Assembly (NCBI GenBank): GCA_016839605.1
Contig: JAEOTX010000057.1
Location: 1-32,452, forward strand
DNA from: Candidatus Thorarchaeota archaeon
GTDB lineage: Archaea > Asgardarchaeota > Thorarchaeia > Thorarchaeales > Thorarchaeaceae
DNA length: 32,452 bases
Direction: 5' to 3'
In this document: positions 24,574 to 32,452 of the stretch, piece by piece
Layout of the letters: every line of letters begins with the position of its first letter
How positions within the stretch are numbered: the stretch's first letter is position 1
Position numbers and translations under genes: made by a program
The notes under the pieces: generated by a model
What the model saw: the letters and a program-made list of their open reading frames with translations, nothing else
What the model was told of the DNA's origin: nothing
Database searches by the model: none

Positions 24574-26511
24574 TCACTCTGAAACTCCTTTTGCCCGACG
24601 TGGCGTCTGCTTTAGAGACTCTGCGTAGACACGCTTTAGATAATGCTTCATATCCTCCGAGGTTGTCACAGGGTACTCAGATATGCTCTCACTTGTAGTC
24701 TTGAACGAGAGATCAATATACCTCAATTCCTTCTGAACCTTCTCAAGATCCCAAGTAGAAATTTGTAGTGGCATCTTCAGTTTCGTAAGAATTGCGAATC
24801 CATATGCAGTAAGGAGAAGAGGTTCTAAGTCAACTACACCATCTGAGATTTGAACCGTTGTTTCCAGAATCTCCTCTTGTCGACGTTTTACAATATCGGT
24901 GATTAGGACAGCAGCCATACCCTCTCGCATCAGTTCAATGTCCAAAAGAACAGTATTGCCTCTTGAACCAACTTGATCACGAAGTCGCTCAACAAGTATC
25001 TCGTATAATTCATCGACGAGGTGGCCTAAGCCGGTGACATTATCTATTAATTCTATGAGGGGAATCAGGTCGCCATCATAACCTCTGAACTCGGTTATGC
25101 CTAAGGCCTCAAGAAAGCTGCTCTGGCCTGCTAATCTGTGGCGTCCAGACAACCTACTTAGGTAGTCTATTACAGTTCCTTTCAGTACGGACCATCCTTG
25201 CTTTTCTATTCTGTCTTGGTAGTCGTGCCACTGAATATTCCAATCTCGGTCAGGATAGAGCCTGAGATTCAAGTCTTCTCCAGAGAATATTGGGTCCATC
25301 GTTACTGAGACTAGAAGGTCAACGCCAACATCAGCCCAGTGATCTAATGATATCAAGGGGCTCAAATCAATTGCTTTCAAATCGTTATTGTAGAGATCAA
25401 TCTTCCCATGAACACCTCGTCCTCCGAGTGCGGTGAAATCAATGTGCTCTATTTGATTGTCACTGAGTTCAAGATTCTCCAAGGCAGTACATGAACTGAG
25501 AGGTGACAAATCGATATGCTGTAACGAGTTATGACTAAGCCCGAGCTCTCGCAAACAAGATCCAGAACCTAGAGATGTGAGATCCACATTGCCTAGCTGG
25601 TTCCCATTCAGATGAAGAGCCTGTAAGCCACGACAGGAGGCTAATGGACTAAGATCGATCCCTGTGAGATTGTTCTCATCCAAATGCAATTCGTTCAGCC
25701 TCCTACAGGCCCCGATAGGCGTAAGATCGATGCTCTTGAGTTGATTCCAGCTCAAGTGAAGCTCGATAAGATTGGTGCAATGTGAAAGCGGTCGGAGATC
25801 AATCTGGTGGAGATTATTTCTATACAAGCGAAGGCGCTCAAGTTTTTGACATGATCCTAAGGGGGTAAGATCGATATCTGTGAGTTGATTTCCTTGCAGA
25901 CTTACAGAACGAAGATCAGAACAACGCATTAAGGGGGATATGTTGATTTCCTGCAATTGGTTCCAGCTCAGATCCAACTCATGCAAGCGGTGCAATGCCT
26001 TCACTGGATCGAGGTCAATATCGCTGAGCTGGTTTTCGTTCAATCGAATTTCCCTGAGATTTGGAAGAGAACTAACTGGCGAGAGGTCAATGGTCTTAAT
26101 CTTGTTGTTATAGAGGTCCAGAACCTGAAGACTAGTGCATGATTCAATTTGGGTCAGGTCAATATGGCCCAATTCATTCCAGCTCAGCCTGAGAATCTCA
26201 AGACTCTTACATGAGCCAAGCGGCTTGAGATTTGCAGTTGACAGTCTATTCCCAAACAAGTCCAGTACACGCAAGTTGGAGCAATCTGACAGGGGGGATA
26301 GGTCAATCGTTTCGAGCTGATTCTCTCCCAGATGGATTTCTTTGAGCTCATCATGCTCTGCAAGCGGAGATAGGTCAATTGCTTGGATATTGCGCCAGGA
26401 GAGACTAACATTCTCGCTATCGACTTGAGCGACTTTTGCTTCCCCTTTAGATTTGACTATCTCCAGTTCCATCTTTGCCAAACTAGACAACGTCTCCATG
26501 TCTTGATGCAT
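24574..26511 (-). CDS. Leucine-rich repeat protein (15 x 24-aa LRRs plus helical C-terminal domain)
   Basis: Repeated LxxLxLxxNxLxxIDLxPLxxCxx across aa ~35-390. Confidence 0.92.
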   Translation of the reverse strand: MHQDMETLSSLAKMELEIVKSKGEAKVAQVDSENVSLSWRNIQAIDLSPLAEHDELKEIHLGENQLETIDLSPLSDCSNLRVLDLFGNRLSTANLKPLGSCKSLEILRLSWNELGHIDLTQIESCTSLQVLDLYNNKIKTIDLSPVSSLPNLREIRLNENQLSDIDLDPVKALHRLHELDLSWNQLQEINISPLMRCSDLRSVSLQGNQLTDIDLTPLGSCQKLERLRLYRNNLHQIDLRPLSHCTNLIELHLSWNQLKSIDLTPIGACRRLNELHLDENNLTGIDLSPLASCRGLQALHLNGNQLGNVDLTSLGSGSCLRELGLSHNSLQHIDLSPLSSCTALENLELSDNQIEHIDFTALGGRGVHGKIDLYNNDLKAIDLSPLISLDHWADVGVDLLVSVTMDPIFSGEDLNLRLYPDRDWNIQWHDYQDRIEKQGWSVLKGTVIDYLSRLSGRHRLAGQSSFLEALGITEFRGYDGDLIPLIELIDNVTGLGHLVDELYEILVERLRDQVGSRGNTVLLDIELMREGMAAVLITDIVKRRQEEILETTVQISDGVVDLEPLLLTAYGFAILTKLKMPLQISTWDLEKVQKELRYIDLSFKTTSESISEYPVTTSEDMKHYLKRVYAESLKQTPRRAKGVSE

Positions 26512-26613
26512 AATCTAGATGGAATGCAATTAGCTTCGAACCCTCTTTAGCAAAGTGGTCTGGTATTAATCTATGAGGAGTTCACTTATTTTCCAGATAG
26601 TTTAGGAACATTC

Positions 26614-26784
26614 ATGGCCAAATTACCACCAAACTCTACTGGAAGGACTGTTGCACATAAGGGGAGACAAGTACTGGTTGACAAGAAATTGCGTATCGAT
26701 TGGATTCGTTCGAAAGTAGCCATCCTAGATGATGAACATCTGAAACTCGTTGAAGGAGTTATCCGAAGGTTCCTGAAGGAATAG
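26614..26784 (+). CDS. Small hypothetical protein (56 aa) absent from the ORF track
   Basis: ATG...TAG encoding MAKLPPNSTGRTVAHKGRQVLVDKKLRIDWIRSKVAILDDEHLKLVEGVIRRFLKE. It fills the gap without overlap, has an AGGA upstream and ends in an amphipathic helix. Confidence 0.6.
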   Translation: MAKLPPNSTGRTVAHKGRQVLVDKKLRIDWIRSKVAILDDEHLKLVEGVIRRFLKE

Positions 26785-26790
26785 AATTGA

Positions 26791-27195
26791 CTATGGTTCT
26801 CTCCAGCACGGCAGATTACTCTCACAACGCACCCACTTGCCGCGTGGTAGGCCAGATGCTCTTGCGATATTGGTACAGAGGGAGTACCAATTATCACCTA
26901 TGATTCTGAAAGAGGAGGAAAAGTAGCATTTTCTGCAATTCTTGATCGGGCCAATAGGCGCATTGAGGAGACCCATTCTTACCTCAATCGCTGATAGCAT
27001 ACTGTCAAGCTCAGGATTAATTGCTGACTGAGTTGGTTCGGGAAGGTGGTTCTTCTTATACCTTTCAAGTGTCCTCATTGCAGATTTCTTGAGCATCATA
27101 TTGACATACTGCTTATCTTCCTCAGTGAACTCAAGAAGCACTTTGATGGGATTCGGTGGAACAACCTCTTGTTGTTTCTTCCTCCTACGAATCAA
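26791..27195 (-). CDS. Hypothetical protein with C-terminal Cys cluster (putative metal binding)
   Basis: CRKC...LC...RC...PCW, with a basic N-terminus. Confidence 0.6.
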   Translation of the reverse strand: MIRRRKKQQEVVPPNPIKVLLEFTEEDKQYVNMMLKKSAMRTLERYKKNHLPEPTQSAINPELDSMLSAIEVRMGLLNAPIGPIKNCRKCYFSSSFRIIGDNWYSLCTNIARASGLPRGKWVRCESNLPCWREP

Positions 27196-27271
27196 CCTCT
27201 AGCCTCAAGTCTATAGTCTTCTTTCTTGCTATAAACTTCACGATTCAAATCAGGCTAGGAAGGCATTATAG

Positions 27272-27982
27272 TTAAGCAGGTCGGTACTTTGGAACCTCAG
27301 CACGTATTCCTTTCTTGATTTTGAGAATATCACGCGCTTGTAGCTCCTTTCTCTTAGGATAAGCAGCTACTATTCCTTTCCACTGGTCTATTTTAATCAT
27401 GACTGGATCGCTTTCGACAATCTTCTGGATATTGGCCTTTGAATCATCTATCTGATCAATAACATCTCCTGCTTTGCAGCCCATCTTCAAACTAGCGATG
27501 ATATTGTCTAATTCATCAGCTATTTTCATGGCCTTATCAGCAGGTATAGTAACTGTAGTTGGCATTGGTGCAGGCTGAGTCACTACAATCTCAGGTTCAG
27601 GTGCGGGTGCAGGTGCAGCTGGTGCGGTGGCCGCCTTGGGCGCTGGTGCGGCCATAACAACAGGAGGTGCAGCTGCTTGAATTTCCTTCATTGCAACCAC
27701 CATATCGTCTTTCATGGCCTCCAGTGCTTCTCCGATGAACGTGGCTATTTGATCGAATTGGCCCTTCACAAGAACAGCAACATGGTCTAGGTTACCACCA
27801 GAGTCTGAACTTGGCGCAGGTGTGGCCTTAATGGCTTCAAGGATCTCATCCTTGGTGAGTCTGATATCAGACCGAATCTCATCCATATTCGCCAGTATCG
27901 TCACCATTCGCTTCAATGTATCATCAAGAGCTCCAATGCTTTTCTCAATGTCTTTGAGGCGACTAAGAAACTGCTCTGCCAT
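27272..27982 (-). CDS. Coiled-coil protein with Pro/Ala linker and C-terminal helical bundle (possibly Vps28-CTD-like)
   Basis: Heptad-like N-terminus, AAPAPKAATAPAAPAPAPEPE linker and ~85-aa helical C-domain. GGGAG SD. Confidence 0.65.
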   Translation of the reverse strand: MAEQFLSRLKDIEKSIGALDDTLKRMVTILANMDEIRSDIRLTKDEILEAIKATPAPSSDSGGNLDHVAVLVKGQFDQIATFIGEALEAMKDDMVVAMKEIQAAAPPVVMAAPAPKAATAPAAPAPAPEPEIVVTQPAPMPTTVTIPADKAMKIADELDNIIASLKMGCKAGDVIDQIDDSKANIQKIVESDPVMIKIDQWKGIVAAYPKRKELQARDILKIKKGIRAEVPKYRPA

Positions 27983-28138
27983 TTTGCATACTCCCTGCTT
28001 CTATTGATGGTTGCTAAATGTTTGGGCTCTAGAAAAGGGTTTGTCGGATGTTTATCGCGCTCGTCAGAATAATAGCAATACTACGAGGACATTCCGAGAA
28101 CTATTAAATAGCAATCCGAGGCAGAATGACAGGGTAGT

Positions 28139-28750
28139 GTGTTTAAGGACGGAAGAACCGTGTCCACCGAGCAAATATCTCACATGTTTAAGCTAGTTGC
28201 TCTTGGTGACGGTGCAGTTGGAAAGACCTCCTGTATCAAGCAATATACCGAGGGCTCATTCAGTGAGAGATATATCGCTACCATCGGTACTACTTTTGCA
28301 CTCAAGACGGTGGACGTGACTATGCCTGACGGCAATAGAGTCACTGCTAGAGTGGTCCTCTGGGACCTCGCTGGCCAGCCAACATACAATGAGCTTAGAC
28401 GAAGGTATATGGCAGGCGCAACAATGGCTATCATTGTCTATGACGTCACACGACCCCAGACTTTTCTTGACGTAGGTGAGTGGTTCACCAAGTTCATCAC
28501 AGTCTGTCCAAATGCTGTGGTTTCTGTTGTCGCTAACAAGATTGACAGGCAGGATAGGTTAGTACCTCCTGCTGCGGGGCAGATGATTCAGCAATGGCTT
28601 GATGTTCTGCACTATGAGACTAGCGCGAAGACTGGCGAGAACATCAATGAGCTATTCACTGAGCTTGTCACGCGTGCGATTGAAAAGCAGCGTCAATTGG
28701 GCCCAATAGCAGCTGATGGACCAAGCAAACCATTTAAACTGGGAGTTTAG
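28139..28750 (+). CDS. Rab-like small GTPase (second paralog)
   Basis: GDGAVGKT, TIG, WDLAGQ, NKID and ETSAK motifs. Exact start uncertain. Confidence 0.93.
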   Translation: MFKDGRTVSTEQISHMFKLVALGDGAVGKTSCIKQYTEGSFSERYIATIGTTFALKTVDVTMPDGNRVTARVVLWDLAGQPTYNELRRRYMAGATMAIIVYDVTRPQTFLDVGEWFTKFITVCPNAVVSVVANKIDRQDRLVPPAAGQMIQQWLDVLHYETSAKTGENINELFTELVTRAIEKQRQLGPIAADGPSKPFKLGV

Positions 28751-28775
28751 TTCGCTTCTATTGGACTGAACGGGA

Positions 28776-29312
28776 ATGGTGACAAGCAGGAAAGTACTAA
28801 CAGGAGCAGTTGGCCACATCATCCTGTTCATCATCAATTTTCTCGTCTTTGTAGGACTGGTGGAGAGCTTTCAGATTCTTGCTATCGAGTTGCCGCTCTT
28901 CACAGCTCTAGTGCTTGGATACATGGTCATTCATACAACGGTGTTGCTATCCGTTCAGCTGGGCATACAGGTTCTGGAGCTAATCAGAATTAGGATGCCC
29001 ACATTACTCATCAGCTACTATTTTTTGTTTAATGACGATGAGGCTTTGCCATTGCCGCTGCTAGATCCTGTTAAGAGTCGACTAGGAGTCATCACACTCC
29101 TCCTAGTAATCAGTGGGGGACCGGTCTTTTTCCCAATCTTTGCCGCTTCAGGGCTTCTCTTCGTGCTCGCAATTCTTGTTCAGAATCCATTAACCTTGCC
29201 TGCTCTCATTGGCTACTTCATCGAATTCATCAACTGGATGCCACCATTACTCGTATTGATCGTAGCGATCGTGATTTTGTCCATTGTGATTATCGAGTTT
29301 AGGCACGTTTGA
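28776..29312 (+). CDS. Hypothetical integral membrane protein
   Basis: Four to five hydrophobic segments, 25 bp downstream of the GTPase. Confidence 0.7.
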   Translation: MVTSRKVLTGAVGHIILFIINFLVFVGLVESFQILAIELPLFTALVLGYMVIHTTVLLSVQLGIQVLELIRIRMPTLLISYYFLFNDDEALPLPLLDPVKSRLGVITLLLVISGGPVFFPIFAASGLLFVLAILVQNPLTLPALIGYFIEFINWMPPLLVLIVAIVILSIVIIEFRHV

Positions 29313-29379
29313 CCTCTGACAGACTCTCAAAACGACGGCGTCTTTATATTCAAACGCGCACCTCAGATTTCGAAAGACC

Positions 29380-30726
29380 TTGAGAAGACCCGATGTTGTT
29401 GTTGTTGGCGCTGGTTCAGCAGGATGCGTTGCTGCAAGACGTTGCGCAGAGATGGGACTGAAGACGCTTCTCCTAGATAAGAAACCCCGTTCAGAAGTGG
29501 GACAGAAAGTCTGTGGGGACGAGATCAGCAAATCTCATTTTGAGGCGACAGGAATTGAGTTTCCAAAAGATCAAGAAATCTCAAGCCCTATCGCTGGAGC
29601 AGATGTATATCCCCCTAGCATGAGTAATGAACTCAAGGTCAGAGGTTGGACAGAGTTTGATGGCTGGACAGTGAATAGGTTAAGTTTTGGTCAACGACTT
29701 CTCAATGAAGCAATTGATGCGGGTGTTGCCTTTAGGGCAGAAAATCGCGTAGGCAGCCCCATACTCCGTAAAGACAGAGTTGTTGGAATTGAGTACAAGG
29801 ATAAGGGTGAGGAGAAGAAGACCTACGCCAAGCTGGTAATAGATGCCAGTGGTTTTGCTGGAACTATAAGGAACAAACTAGACCATCCGCTTGTTGAGAA
29901 GACCATTGACAAGGAAGATGTGGCACTCTGTTACAGAGAGATCGTGAAACTCAAGATGCCAATGGCTGAACCAGAAGTGGCCCGAGTTCTATTGGGGGGA
30001 AGAGTAGCGCCTGGAGGCTATGCGTGGATCTTCCCCAAGGGAATGCAGGAGGTCAATGCGGGAGTAGGAATTGCCGGAGGATCAGGTAAAGGCTCACCTA
30101 AGTCTCACTTTTTGAAGTTTAAGAAGGAATACCCATTGCTCATCAGGAGTAAAGTCATTGATGCAGCAGGAGGAGCAGTGCCTGTGAGGAGGCCATTGAA
30201 GAGCTTAGTCGCTGATGGAGTTGCTTTTGTTGGAGATGCAGCAGCTCAGGTCAATCCTATCCATGGTGGCGGAATTGGTGCTGGAATGCGAGCCGGAATA
30301 ATTCTTGGAGAAGTAGCCAAAAGGGCGATAGCTAGGAAGAAATTGAGTGCCAAGGGTCTCTGGCACTACAACATTAGCTATCAAACTAATTTTGGAAAGA
30401 GGTTGGCGTCCTTGGAGATATTTCGCAGGCTTCTTCAGGCGGTTTCAGATGAAGATATGGATTTTGGGTTCGAGAAGAGAATCCTCGAAGCTGGTGACTT
30501 AATGGCAGCTAACAGAGGAGATGGACTCTCACTTGGAACTGTTGACAAGCTTCGCAGGTTCAGAAGAGGAGTGAGTCGATTAAGTCTTCTTAGGGACCTT
30601 CAAAAAGCCTCAGGTCTCATGAAGAAAATTTCAAAGACTTATGACGCCTATCCTTCGAATCCCTCAGCGCTTGAGAAATGGAATGATTCGGTTCTTGCAA
30701 TCATAGAATCTGCAGAGTTTGGGTGA
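29380..30726 (+). CDS. Geranylgeranyl reductase family flavoprotein (digeranylgeranylglycerophospholipid reductase-like)
   Basis: VVVVGAGSAG, KVCGD, IDASG, PGGYAWIFPK and VGDAAAQVNPIHGGGI motifs. Confidence 0.9.
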   Translation: MRRPDVVVVGAGSAGCVAARRCAEMGLKTLLLDKKPRSEVGQKVCGDEISKSHFEATGIEFPKDQEISSPIAGADVYPPSMSNELKVRGWTEFDGWTVNRLSFGQRLLNEAIDAGVAFRAENRVGSPILRKDRVVGIEYKDKGEEKKTYAKLVIDASGFAGTIRNKLDHPLVEKTIDKEDVALCYREIVKLKMPMAEPEVARVLLGGRVAPGGYAWIFPKGMQEVNAGVGIAGGSGKGSPKSHFLKFKKEYPLLIRSKVIDAAGGAVPVRRPLKSLVADGVAFVGDAAAQVNPIHGGGIGAGMRAGIILGEVAKRAIARKKLSAKGLWHYNISYQTNFGKRLASLEIFRRLLQAVSDEDMDFGFEKRILEAGDLMAANRGDGLSLGTVDKLRRFRRGVSRLSLLRDLQKASGLMKKISKTYDAYPSNPSALEKWNDSVLAIIESAEFG

Positions 30727-30745
30727 GGTGGAACAGTCCACCTCA
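30724..30745. terminator. Perfect 9-bp hairpin between convergent GGR and radA genes
   Basis: TGAGGTGGA-ACAG-TCCACCTCA, starting at the GGR stop codon. Confidence 0.5.
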
Positions 30746-30768
30746 GCAAGAACTCCACATGTAGTGAC

Positions 30769-31812
30769 TTAGACGTCACGTATTCCGTCTTTTGTGACAG
30801 TAAAGACTGCCTCACCCTCTGGAAGGTTGGGCGAGTCCACAAGTCTACATATTCTTCGTTCACCTTTTGATTTCCTTAGATAGCAGCGTGTCTGGGGCAC
30901 ATGCGCCAACACGTGGCCTCCAACTGGAGCAGTAGGATCTCCGAAGAAAGCGTCCGGTCGTGACATCACTTGATTTGTTATGTAGACTGCCATGTTGTTA
31001 ATCTCAGCACCTCTCTGAAGATGATGCAAGTGCTTGTTCAGCTTCTGCTGTCTCGCAGCAAGTGTGCCTCTTCCTGTATACTCGGCTCTGAAATGACTAG
31101 TGACCGAGTCAAGAACAAGCAGCTTGGCATTCTTTTCTGTCGCCATTTCCATTGCTTGATCGCACAATAGAATTTGATGATCAGAGTTGTAAGCACGAGC
31201 CCAAACAACGTTCTTCAGGACCTTCTTTGGATCCATGCCAAATGGTTCAGCCATGTCCACAAGACGCTCTGGTCTGAATGTGCCTTCTGTGTCGACATAG
31301 ATTGCTGTAGCATCCAATCCACCTTCACCCTCTGGACGCTGAATCATCACAGCTAGCTGATGTCCCATCTGTGTCTTCCCGGACCTGAATGAACCATACA
31401 TCTCTGTGATGCTCTGGGTCTCAAGTCCGCCCCCGAAAAGCTCGTCAAGCGCAGTAGAACCAGTGCTGATTCTTCCTGCTGTCTTTCGCCTCTCAAGAAG
31501 AAGGTCAGCTGTTTCGAAACCAATGTCGAGCATTTCACGTGCTGCCTTTATGATCTTGGTCGAAGTGGTCTCTCCAATTGATCCTGCAGCTGCTAGCTCA
31601 GATGGAGATGCTACTGCAATTGCCTCAACACTTCTATAGCCGGCTTCAGACAAACGCTTGGCGATTGCGGGGCCTACCCCTGGGAGGTCAGTGACCTCTA
31701 TTCCTGATTCTCCTTCAGTACCGAGTTCGACGAGTTCCTCATCGGCTTCGCCTTCCTCGAAATCCTCATAATCTACAGTTTCTTCTTCATCTGCCTTCTT
31801 TTTGGGTGACAT
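30769..31812 (-). CDS. radA: DNA repair and recombination protein RadA
   Basis: N-terminal HhH DLPGVGP, GFETA polymerisation motif, [38 protein letters not shown] and GGHVLAH. No intein. Start at ATG 31812 after GGAGGT. Confidence 0.97.
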   Translation of the reverse strand: MSPKKKADEEETVDYEDFEEGEADEELVELGTEGESGIEVTDLPGVGPAIAKRLSEAGYRSVEAIAVASPSELAAAGSIGETTSTKIIKAAREMLDIGFETADLLLERRKTAGRISTGSTALDELFGGGLETQSITEMYGSFRSGKTQMGHQLAVMIQRPEGEGGLDATAIYVDTEGTFRPERLVDMAEPFGMDPKKVLKNVVWARAYNSDHQILLCDQAMEMATEKNAKLLVLDSVTSHFRAEYTGRGTLAARQQKLNKHLHHLQRGAEINNMAVYITNQVMSRPDAFFGDPTAPVGGHVLAHVPQTRCYLRKSKGERRICRLVDSPNLPEGEAVFTVTKDGIRDV

Positions 31813-31950
31813 CCTGAGGACCTCCCTCATCGCTTGGCGTCAATCTGCATATTCAATGCCAAGCACGTGGTCATGCACTTGTCGCATTACTGGATATAAA
31901 AATGGCACTAGTCGAACTGCCGAGTGACCAGATATTAACCATCCACTCGA

Positions 31951-32452
31951 CTATGCAAGATCTTTAACCTTGAACAAGATTGCAGAGAGCGCGATGCAGA
32001 CCAGTACTATCACAGCAAGAATCGATCCTGACAACAGCGGGCTCCAATCGGGGATGCTGTAGCTGTAGTCCACGAAGAGCTGACCATAGTTCAGTATGTG
32101 CCCTGATAGAGAAAAGACAGCTCCCTCAAAGAATATGGCTACTACACCAAGGAGCTGCTCATAGAGCGTAATGACAACTCCCCAGACTAGAGGTCTTTTC
32201 AGAGCGATGCCAAGTAGCATGAATATCGCGCAATAGACAGCGTTGCAGACTGCGCACACCAACCAGAAACCAGTCAGCATCTCAAATGGAATTTCATCTG
32301 AGAAAGTAACGGAGATGTAGAATCCTGATGTCACAATTATGGAGATGATTGTACCCGCAATGACTGTGGCAATGTATCGCCAAATAAGTATCTCAAACCT
32401 TCTTACAGGCCGGGTCACAAGTTGCACTATGGTATGGGACTCAATCTCATCA
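31951..32452 (-). CDS. ABC-2 type permease, C-terminal part (start lies beyond the window)
   Basis: E.ESHTIVQLVTRPVRRFEILIWRY ABC-2 motif, several TM helices, C-terminal FKVKDL. Confidence 0.75.
   Translation of the reverse strand, partial: DEIESHTIVQLVTRPVRRFEILIWRYIATVIAGTIISIIVTSGFYISVTFSDEIPFEMLTGFWLVCAVCNAVYCAIFMLLGIALKRPLVWGVVITLYEQLLGVVAIFFEGAVFSLSGHILNYGQLFVDYSYSIPDWSPLLSGSILAVIVLVCIALSAILFKVKDLA

Noticed and set aside
30769-31812. Intein in RadA
   Set aside because: Length is normal and the Walker A region is continuous.
317-32171. Numerous short antisense or alternate-frame ORFs in the track (e.g. 700-972, 7050-7484, 8425-9045, 12764-13210, 21402-21827, 26586-26897)
   Set aside because: They are shadow ORFs overlapping well-supported genes and have no motifs.

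Overview
This is an archaeal chromosomal window, most likely from an Asgard archaeon (Thorarchaeia-like). That assignment is inferred from archaeal RadA, aRF1, PheST and geranylgeranyl reductase occurring together with two Rab-like small GTPases and an IDLSPL-type LRR protein. Housekeeping and metabolic genes (FAD oxidase plus CCG Fe-S protein, ino1, aRF1, pheS/pheT, GGR, radA) flank an accessory region at about 4.9-17.9 kb. The accessory region has three parts. (i) A Cas4-like nuclease apparently split into two membrane-anchored polypeptides (4922-5838). (ii) An ABC exporter cassette with a duplicated permease/accessory unit, bracketed by a 17-bp direct repeat. (iii) The main candidate novel system: a ~1755-aa protein (RecB/Cas4-like PD-(D/E)xK nuclease plus degenerate RecA-like ATPase fold plus a long unknown C-terminus) transcribed divergently from a transposase-less TnpB. 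This TnpB has a Fanzor-type rearranged RuvC site, and its 3' end overlies ~420 nt of dense RNA structure (candidate omega/reRNA). Also noted: a candidate ~284-nt structured ncRNA (1729-2012), a possible Vps28-CTD-like protein opposite a Rab-like GTPase, and an in-frame UGA-CGG uORF ahead of aRF1. All calls come from motif reading by eye; no searches were run.
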